A stretch of DNA of 56,354 nucleotides from Alphaproteobacteria bacterium (GTDB taxonomy: Bacteria; Pseudomonadota; Alphaproteobacteria; CAAHEQ01; UBA3637), in assembly GCA_045598925.1 (NCBI GenBank), contig JAZRVC010000009.1, positions 1-56,354 on the forward strand, read 5' to 3'. Below the pieces are notes generated by a model that worked only from the letters and a program-made list of their open reading frames with translations, searched no databases and had not been told where the DNA came from. Of the stretch, positions 49,705 through 56,354 are shown one piece after another (positions within the stretch are counted from its first letter, which is position 1; every line of letters starts with the position of its first letter). The position numbers were made by a program, and so were the translations under genes.

Positions 49705-49731
49705 AAAAATCCGCCCGAAAAGGCGGAAAAA
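49703..49731. terminator. Terminator between the convergent rlmH and rnpB
   Basis: TCCGCC-CGAAAA-GGCGGA flanked by A-runs, giving a T-run on the minus strand. Confidence 0.75.
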
Positions 49732-50102
49732 GTCAGATAATCTATAAGCCGGGTTCTGTCGTGGGACAATCATTCGTCTGGTTCATTGATTACTCAATAA
49801 CTCAAGCAACCTACCTTTTGATAGCCGAATCAGGACTTTCGTTTGAACCTGTAATGTATCCGATCACAGGGCTATCTGTGTTTGGTCTTGCTTTCAATAG
49901 GGTTTGTCGTGCCATAGCACCTCTCGGCCTATGCGGTGGGCTCTTACCCCGCCGTTTCACCCTTACCCATATAAAATGGGCGGTTTGTTTTCTGCGACAC
50001 TATCCATCGGGTCACCCCGCCCGGACGTTATCCGGTATTGTGTCCTTTAAAAGCCCGGACTTTCCTCCAACTTTTCAGTCAGCGATTGTCCGATTATCTG
50101 AC
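49732..50102 (-). ncRNA. rnpB: RNase P RNA (type A)
   Basis: Minus strand GAGGAAAGTCCGGGC near the 5' end and ACAGAACCCGGCTTA near the 3' end. P1 helix GTCAGATAATC/GATTATCTGAC. TTGACT-N17-TATAAT promoter at 50138-50110. Confidence 0.96.
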
Positions 50103-50149
50103 GGGATTGATTATACTTGAAAAACCCAAAAAAGTCAAATCAATCAGAA

Positions 50150-50176
50150 AAAAGCCCTTGAAATACAAGGGCTTAA
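50150..50176. terminator. Intrinsic terminator of the small secreted-protein pair
   Basis: AAGCCCTTG-AAATA-CAAGGGCTT with an A-run on the left (T-run on the minus strand). Confidence 0.75.
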
Positions 50177-50180
50177 AAAC

Positions 50181-50555
50181 TTATCTTCCCCGACATCCAG
50201 GGCGAATCCGATGATGTCTTGGACGTGGAGGCGGTAAGTGGCGATGATGATGACCGTGAATCACAACAGGCGTTTCCACCACAACTGTTTTTTCCACCAC
50301 GACAGGTGCCACAGGTTGAACAACCGTTGTTTGCGCCACCGGTTGCACCACTGTGGTAGCCGCAACGGGTTGAACCACAGTTGTTGTCGGTGTCGTCGCT
50401 TGATTGATAGCAGCCCCCACCACGCCGCCGACAACCCCGCCCACTAAAGCAGCGGCCACAGGGTCCGGATGATGATGTGCTTCGGCCTGTTTTACCGGTG
50501 CTGCCACGGCACTCACGGCCAAACTGGCCATTGCTAATTTTTTCTTAATTCCCAT
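50181..50555 (-). CDS. Small exported glycine-zipper protein with TTVVQPVA repeats and His/Pro/Arg tail
   Basis: AAGGAG RBS. Signal MGIKKKLAMASLA...AEA, then HHH, AALVGGVVGGVVGAAI and three TTVVQPVA copies. Confidence 0.7.
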   Translation of the reverse strand: MGIKKKLAMASLAVSAVAAPVKQAEAHHHPDPVAAALVGGVVGGVVGAAINQATTPTTTVVQPVAATTVVQPVAQTTVVQPVAPVVVEKTVVVETPVVIHGHHHRHLPPPRPRHHRIRPGCRGR

Positions 50556-50577
50556 AATTTTCTCCTTTGTTAAATAA

Positions 50578-50871
50578 TTATCTGCCAAAAGGCCACCAAG
50601 AATGCGTGATTGTTTTTTTCACAACGACCGTCTTTTTCACCACTTTCGTTGGTGCAGCAACTTGATTTCCTGTCAATCCGGCAATTACACCGCCAATCAA
50701 ACCACCGACAAAAGCGGCTTTTTCCACTTTATGTGCGTCATGATGATGTGCACGATGTTCAATCCGATCTGATCTTCTTTCAGGATGAATCACTTTTGCT
50801 TCAGCCTTCATAGATCCCATGGTGGCACCAGCGGCTAAACTAAGCATTGCTAATGTCTTTTTTATTCCCAT
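50578..50871 (-). CDS. Small exported glycine-zipper protein (paralog of the neighbour)
   Basis: AAGGAGG RBS. Signal [13 protein letters not shown]...AEA, then [18 protein letters not shown] and [12 protein letters not shown]. Confidence 0.7.
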   Translation of the reverse strand: MGIKKTLAMLSLAAGATMGSMKAEAKVIHPERRSDRIEHRAHHHDAHKVEKAAFVGGLIGGVIAGLTGNQVAAPTKVVKKTVVVKKTITHSWWPFGR

Positions 50872-50973
50872 ATTTCCTCCTTATTCATGAAATACAATTC
50901 CTGTTTAACACAGTTCAGGTCTAAAAGCAACCTTTTTCTTGCGAAATTAAAAGAATTTCGCTATAATACCCCT

Positions 50974-52761
50974 ATGATTGATTTATCTAAAATTCGTAAT
51001 TTTTCAATTGTGGCGCACATTGACCACGGTAACTCCAGTGTGGCCGGCCGTTTGATTCAAAAATGCGGGGCTGGTTGCGATCGTGAAATGAAGGAACAAC
51101 TGTTGGACAATATGGATATTGAACGGGAGCGGGGCATTACGATTAAAGCCCAAACCGTGCGCCTGAAATATGGCGACTATATTTTAAACCTGATTGACAC
51201 CCCGGGACACGTGGATTTTGGCTATGAAGTCAGCCGTTCTTTGCACGCTTGTGAAGGCTCACTTTTGGTAGTAGATTCCACCCAAGGGGTAGAAGCACAA
51301 ACCCTGGCTAATGTGTATAAAGCCTTAGATGCCAACCACGAAATTGTTCCTGTCATCAATAAAATTGATTTACCCGCCGCTGATCCGGAACGGGTCAAAA
51401 AACAAATTGAAGATGTGATTGGGCTGGATTGCACGAACTGCCCTCTGATTTCCGCCAAAACGGGCATTGGGATAGAGGATGTTCTGAAAGTGATTGTGGA
51501 TAGGCTCCCTGCCCCACAAGGGCAACCCGAAGCACCCACCAAAGCCATGTTGGTGGATTCTTGGTATGATGCCTATCTGGGGATTGTGATTTTGGTACGG
51601 GTCATTGATGGCACGTTAAAGAAAAATCAACAGATTCAATTTATGTCTACAGGCGCCACCTATAAAGTAGAACGCTTGGGTTATTTTACCCCAAAAATGC
51701 AAGACACCAACGAAATTCAAACAGGGGAACTCGGCTTTGTGATTTGTGGCGTAAAAACCATTGGTGAAACAAAGGTTGGGGATACGATTACGGATGAAAA
51801 GCATCCCTGTACAACCGCTTTACCCGGATTTAAACCCAGCCAAAGTGTCGTTTTTTGCTCTATGTTCCCTGTGGATATGTCGGATTATGAAGCCTTAAAA
51901 GAAGCGATTGAAAAATTACAACTGAATGATGCCAGTTTCCAATTTACCCCCGATAAGTCCATGGCCTTGGGGCAGGGGTTCCGTTGTGGCTTTTTGGGAT
52001 TGCTACACATGGAAATTATCCAAGAAAGACTCAATCGTGAATTTAACCTCAATTTGATTACAACCGCACCATCGGTCGCCTATAAAGTCTATAAAACCAA
52101 CGGGACGATGCTAAGCATGCATAATCCCGCCGATATGCCGGATGTCACCACTATTGATAAAATTGAAGAACCTTGGGTAAAAGCCACGATTCTGACCCCT
52201 GATGAATACTTGGGGGGCATTTTGCAATTGTGCACCGAACGGCGGGGCGAACAGATTGATTTAACCTATGTCGGCAATCGCGCGATGGCGGTTTATCGGT
52301 TGCCTTTGAACGAAATTGTGTTTGATTTTTATGATAGACTCAAGTCTATCTCGCGGGGCTATGCCAGTTTTGATTATGAAGTAGATGCCTATCACGAATC
52401 AGACCTGGTGCGTGTCAATATATTGGTTCATGGCGAACAGGTGGATGCTTTGGCGTTTTTGGCACACCGCAGTCAAGCCGAACGACGCGGGCGGCAGATT
52501 TGTGCCCGTCTTAAAGACCTGATTCCCCGTCATCAATTTAAAATTCCGATTCAGGCAAGTATCGGCGGTAAAATTATCGCCCGTGAAGATATTTCGGCTT
52601 TCCGTAAAGACGTGACCGCCAAATGTTATGGGGGGGATATTACCCGTAAGCGAAAACTGTTGGAAAAACAAAAAGAAGGTAAAAAGCGGATGCGTCAATT
52701 CGGGGAAGTGGAAATCCCGCAAAATGCCTTTATTCAGGCCCTAAAAATAGGGGACGAATAG
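50974..52761 (+). CDS. lepA: Translation factor LepA/EF4 (anomalous P-loop as assembled)
   Basis: [45 protein letters not shown] and [22 protein letters not shown]. Start ATG 50974 lies 6 nt after TATAAT. Confidence 0.95.
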   Translation: MIDLSKIRNFSIVAHIDHGNSSVAGRLIQKCGAGCDREMKEQLLDNMDIERERGITIKAQTVRLKYGDYILNLIDTPGHVDFGYEVSRSLHACEGSLLVVDSTQGVEAQTLANVYKALDANHEIVPVINKIDLPAADPERVKKQIEDVIGLDCTNCPLISAKTGIGIEDVLKVIVDRLPAPQGQPEAPTKAMLVDSWYDAYLGIVILVRVIDGTLKKNQQIQFMSTGATYKVERLGYFTPKMQDTNEIQTGELGFVICGVKTIGETKVGDTITDEKHPCTTALPGFKPSQSVVFCSMFPVDMSDYEALKEAIEKLQLNDASFQFTPDKSMALGQGFRCGFLGLLHMEIIQERLNREFNLNLITTAPSVAYKVYKTNGTMLSMHNPADMPDVTTIDKIEEPWVKATILTPDEYLGGILQLCTERRGEQIDLTYVGNRAMAVYRLPLNEIVFDFYDRLKSISRGYASFDYEVDAYHESDLVRVNILVHGEQVDALAFLAHRSQAERRGRQICARLKDLIPRHQFKIPIQASIGGKIIAREDISAFRKDVTAKCYGGDITRKRKLLEKQKEGKKRMRQFGEVEIPQNAFIQALKIGDE

Positions 52762-52762
52762 T

Positions 52763-53434
52763 TTATAAGTGATGTGCCCGAAACGAATAGACTTTTTTAT
52801 TCGTACCGATAATCAGATGATCCAACATTTTAATCGGAATTGTATTGAGTAAGCGTTCAATTTCTTTGGTGACTTCCAAATCATCTTTAGAGGGCAGGGG
52901 GTCGCCCGACGGATGATTATGCATTAAAATCACCGCTGATGCGTTTAAATTTAAGGCGCGTTTTAACACTTCTCGGGGATACACAGGCACATGGTTGATG
53001 GTTCCTGTTTGATGAACCTCTGTATGAATCAATTGATAATGTTGATTTAAAAAGAGTACCCGTAATTTTTCAATCGTTTCACCCGCATAAATAAGTTGTG
53101 CATAATCCAATAAACTTTGCCAATCCGCCAGAATAGGGGCGTTATGGAGTTTTTCTTTGGTGATTTTTTGACATACCGTCATCATCAGGTGAAAAAGAGC
53201 AATCGTTCTATCGCCCACACCTTTGACCTGTTTTAATTGATCTGTGGGTGCATTCAGGATATTTTCCAACGATCCGAAAGACGCCAATAATTCTTTAGCC
53301 AAAGGCTTTACATCTTTTCGGGGAATTGCCTGCATCAAAATAAATTCCAACAGTTCATAATCGGCAAAAATTTCACCGCCATAGGTTAAAAATTTTTCCA
53401 ATACCCGCTGACGATGTCCTTCAGACCCAACCAT
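52763..53434 (-). CDS. radC: RadC/UPF0758 JAB-domain protein
   Basis: GHRQR, DYELLE, IPRKDVKPLAK, an HhH motif, YPREV and HNHPSGDP.PS..D. Confidence 0.93.
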   Translation of the reverse strand: MVGSEGHRQRVLEKFLTYGGEIFADYELLEFILMQAIPRKDVKPLAKELLASFGSLENILNAPTDQLKQVKGVGDRTIALFHLMMTVCQKITKEKLHNAPILADWQSLLDYAQLIYAGETIEKLRVLFLNQHYQLIHTEVHQTGTINHVPVYPREVLKRALNLNASAVILMHNHPSGDPLPSKDDLEVTKEIERLLNTIPIKMLDHLIIGTNKKVYSFRAHHL

Positions 53435-53437
53435 TTT

Positions 53438-54226
53438 TTACTCCTGATAAGGGGGATAGGTATAACCTTTTGGGGATAAAGTAAAAATCTCAATGCCGTC
53501 TTCGGTAATCCCTAAAGTATGTTCAAACTGGGCAGAAAGGCCCTTATCTTTCGTGACCGTTGTCCATCCGTCTTTAAGAGTTAAAGTATCGCCAGAGCCC
53601 GTATTGACCATCGGCTCTACCGTAAAGACCAGCCCCGGGACTAATTTTACCCCTTTACCAGGATGACCATAATTTAAAATATTCGGCGCACTATGAAACA
53701 CGCGTCCGATCCCATGTCCGCAATAATCATGAACAGTGGAATAGCCTTCTTTATTGGCAACTTCTTCCATCACGGCCCCGATATCTCCTGTGGTTTGACC
53801 GGGTCCGGCCGCATGGATGCCCGCCATCATAGTGCGATAGGTCGTTTCAACCAACCGCCGCCCTTTAACCCCCACTTTTCCCACATAATACATCCGTGAG
53901 GTATCGCCATACCACCCATCTACAATCACGGTCACATCTATATTGATAATATCACCGTCTTTTAAAAATTTTGTTTCAGAAGGAATCCCATGACAAATCA
54001 CATGATTTGGGGAAATACAGGTACACTTCGGATACCCATTATACCCACGACAAGCCGTGCGTCCCCCGTGAGAAGTGATATATTCATCCATCAAATCATC
54101 CAAAGCCCCTGTACTGACCCCAGGCTTTACAAAAGGAGTAATATAGTCCAAAACTTCGGCGGCTAATTGGCCTGCTTTTTTAAGTTTAGGAAAATCTGTT
54201 AAAGAATAGATCGTTAAATCTGACAT
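53438..54226 (-). CDS. map: Methionine aminopeptidase type I
   Basis: CISPNHVICHGIP, GDIINIDVT, DTSRM, GHGIG..FH, EPMVN and SAQFEHT. Confidence 0.97.
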   Translation of the reverse strand: MSDLTIYSLTDFPKLKKAGQLAAEVLDYITPFVKPGVSTGALDDLMDEYITSHGGRTACRGYNGYPKCTCISPNHVICHGIPSETKFLKDGDIINIDVTVIVDGWYGDTSRMYYVGKVGVKGRRLVETTYRTMMAGIHAAGPGQTTGDIGAVMEEVANKEGYSTVHDYCGHGIGRVFHSAPNILNYGHPGKGVKLVPGLVFTVEPMVNTGSGDTLTLKDGWTTVTKDKGLSAQFEHTLGITEDGIEIFTLSPKGYTYPPYQE

Positions 54227-54268
54227 AAATATATTATATCTTTTTTAGGAAAAAATTGCAAAAATAAT

Positions 54269-55204
54269 TTAAAAAGGACGCGGATTTCCCGTTGGATCTT
54301 TCCACGATTCAATAAAATCCGTTAAACTGCGTGAACCTTTTGTGGGAAGAACAATACTGATTTTAACGTGTAAATCTCCTTTTCCTGACACCCCTTTTCC
54401 TTTTAACCGTAAAACAGAATGACCACTGGTATAAGGGGGAATTTTCACCGCCAAACTGCCCGAAGGGGTCGGAATCACCACTTTTGTCCCTAATACTGCC
54501 TCTTTTAAAGTCAAAGGAAGTGTCATTTCTATATCATTATTCAAACGTTTATACAGGCGACTTTCTTCTACTTTGATTTTAATCAAAGCATCCCCGCCTA
54601 TTTGTCCCATTCCTTTTAAACGGAGCACTGCTTCATCCACGACACCCGCGGGGACTTTCACCTTAACTTGCTTTCCGTTTGATAAACGAACAGTCGTTTC
54701 ACCCCCTGTGATAGACAGATTAAAAGGAATACTTAAAGAATACTGGACATCTTGACCTTGTGGGGCTGTCTGATAACGCCGACCGCCCATACCGCCCATT
54801 CCACCGAATAAATCAGAAAAATTAAAACCACCACCACCAAATCCCCCGAACATACTGGCCAAATCTTCGGGGTCTATATTAGTATAAGTGGTATTTCCCT
54901 GACGATAGGTGCGTCCCCCACGTCCAAAACCACCGCTAAACGGATTAGAACCGCCGTCATAAGCGCCCCGACCAAACGGGGTAGGGTTTCCCTGCTCATC
55001 AATTTCTCCTGCGTCATAACGGGCTTTTTTTGATTTATCAGATAAAATTTCATACGCCCCTGTTATTTTTTGAAATTGTTCTTGGGCTTTTTTATCGGGA
55101 TTCACATCAGGATGAAGGGTACGCGCCTTTTGCCGATAGGCTTTTTTAATCTCCGCTTCACTCGCATTTTTAGATACCCCTAATAAATCATACAAACTGG
55201 ACAT
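54269..55204 (-). CDS. Type II J-domain protein (CbpA/DnaJ-like, no zinc finger)
   Basis: J domain with HPD, a G/F-rich region and a DnaJ C-terminal domain. No CxxCxGxG repeats. Confidence 0.9.
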   Translation of the reverse strand: MSSLYDLLGVSKNASEAEIKKAYRQKARTLHPDVNPDKKAQEQFQKITGAYEILSDKSKKARYDAGEIDEQGNPTPFGRGAYDGGSNPFSGGFGRGGRTYRQGNTTYTNIDPEDLASMFGGFGGGGFNFSDLFGGMGGMGGRRYQTAPQGQDVQYSLSIPFNLSITGGETTVRLSNGKQVKVKVPAGVVDEAVLRLKGMGQIGGDALIKIKVEESRLYKRLNNDIEMTLPLTLKEAVLGTKVVIPTPSGSLAVKIPPYTSGHSVLRLKGKGVSGKGDLHVKISIVLPTKGSRSLTDFIESWKDPTGNPRPF

Positions 55205-55299
55205 AAAAAAACTCCTTTAACAACATACTCTGATATTATATAGGATAAATTCGTTAAAAATCCATAGCAATTTTTAAAAAAAAGACTATAATAGACCTT

Positions 55300-56175
55300 A
55301 TGAAACATACTCATTCGTTTTTAATGCTGTTCGCCTGTTGGGCTTCCCTCGGGGTGGCTTTTATATTGATTTTATTAAAGGCTTTGGCTTTTATTACCAC
55401 AGGCTCAGTCGCTATTCTTTCTACTTTATTTGACTCGGTTCAAGATTTAATGACCTCCTTGATTAATTTTATCGCTGTCAAGCATTCTATTCAGCCGGCG
55501 GATAAACAACATCGTTTTGGCCACGGTAAAGCCCAAGGAATCGGCTCACTCATTCAATCTTTAATTATTCTGATTTCCGGGGGAATTTTAATTTATACTT
55601 CTTGCCAACGCTTATGTCATCAAACAGCCCCTACAGAATTATGTATAGGTTTTTGGATAATTTGTATCGCTTTGATTTTGACGTTTATTCTTATTCGCTT
55701 TCAAAGATATGTGGTACGTTTAACAGGCTCTCTTTCTATTAAATCAGATATGTGCCATTATACAGGCGATCTTTTAATGAATACAGGCGTTTTAATTTCT
55801 CTTGTCTGTTCCTACTTTATTAAAACAGGTTGGTTGGATGCATTATTTGGGGTAGGGGTCGGCCTTTATCTTATTAAAGTCAGTTATGAAATTATTTCAC
55901 AAGCCATTGAAATGTTGATGGATACGGAATTACCCCAAGAAATTCGTCATAAAATCAAAGAAAATGTCCTGTCTATTAAAGATATTCATCAAATTACTGA
56001 TTTAAAAACCCGCCAATCAGGCAATCAAATTTTTATTCAAATGACACTTCATATGACAGAAACGCTCACTTTAAAGAAAGCCCATCAACTGGCTGACCAA
56101 GCCGAACATTTAATTCATACAGACTTTCCTGATTCTGAAATTGTCCTTCATTTAGAACCGGATGCGACAAACTAA
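55300..56175 (+). CDS. Cation diffusion facilitator (FieF/YiiP-like)
   Basis: TGSVAIL...DS.QD, PADKQHRFGHGKA, DMCHYTGD, LKTRQSG and HLEP. Confidence 0.9.
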   Translation: MKHTHSFLMLFACWASLGVAFILILLKALAFITTGSVAILSTLFDSVQDLMTSLINFIAVKHSIQPADKQHRFGHGKAQGIGSLIQSLIILISGGILIYTSCQRLCHQTAPTELCIGFWIICIALILTFILIRFQRYVVRLTGSLSIKSDMCHYTGDLLMNTGVLISLVCSYFIKTGWLDALFGVGVGLYLIKVSYEIISQAIEMLMDTELPQEIRHKIKENVLSIKDIHQITDLKTRQSGNQIFIQMTLHMTETLTLKKAHQLADQAEHLIHTDFPDSEIVLHLEPDATN

Positions 56176-56283
56176 ATTCTGAATATAAATTTTATTTTAT
56201 CCTTTTTACTATCCTATTTTATATAAATAAAAAATAGTAGTTATTGTGGTTGGCAAAACTGGTATAACTTTTTTTTATTTTAT

Positions 56284-56352
56284 TTGACATGAATTTTACA
56301 ATCAAAACGAATCGTTTATTTTATGGATATTTTTCCCTTTAAAACGAATCGT
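56284..56352. promoter_or_regulatory. Possible tandem operator sites overlapping a promoter of a gene beyond the window
   Basis: AAAACGAATCGT occurs at 56304-56315 and 56341-56352, with near-palindrome AAACGA-A-TCGTTT. TTGACA at 56284. Confidence 0.4.
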
Positions 56353-56354
56353 CT

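Noticed and set aside
49761-50120. 119-aa plus-strand ORF
   Set aside because: It is the antisense shadow of rnpB.
52763-53434. radC as a marker of a mobile or defence island
   Set aside because: It is the full-length chromosomal form next to map, the ordinary alphaproteobacterial arrangement.
848-56175. Alternative genetic code
   Set aside because: Conserved genes translate full length under table 11 with no in-frame stops, and the odd residues in PyrG and LepA involve different codons.

Overview
Housekeeping-rich chromosomal window from a divergent, moderately AT-rich Gram-negative alphaproteobacterium. The placement rests on the 16S sequence, the gene orders ftsY-mtaB, lpxL-lpxK-waaA, lolA-ftsK-hdaA-AI-2E-DUF2066, rppH-ctpA-envC-gpmI, mlaE-mlaF-radA-cvpA and radC-map, and a 'G/RSMVEMLGVL' pilin-like leader reminiscent of uncultured gut RF32-like lineages (inference). 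The window begins inside a 16S rRNA gene and contains three tRNAs, RNase P RNA and about 45 CDSs. I found no CRISPR array, transposase or integrase. The most notable items are: (1) a promoter-driven, about 190-nt multi-branched RNA with a competing intrinsic terminator, directly upstream of a pilin-like gene, matching no riboswitch class I recognise; (2) a helically phased array of GTAATTAC palindromes in the convergent xseA/RND gap; (3) a 156-bp hairpin-packed mini-element at tRNA-Arg bounded by a 22-bp direct repeat; (4) a split NTT/MFS-HEAT plus cNMP-domain module; (5) about eight apparently leaderless genes; (6) atypical PyrG, AlaS and LepA sequences. All calls come from reading the sequence; no searches or folding computations were run.
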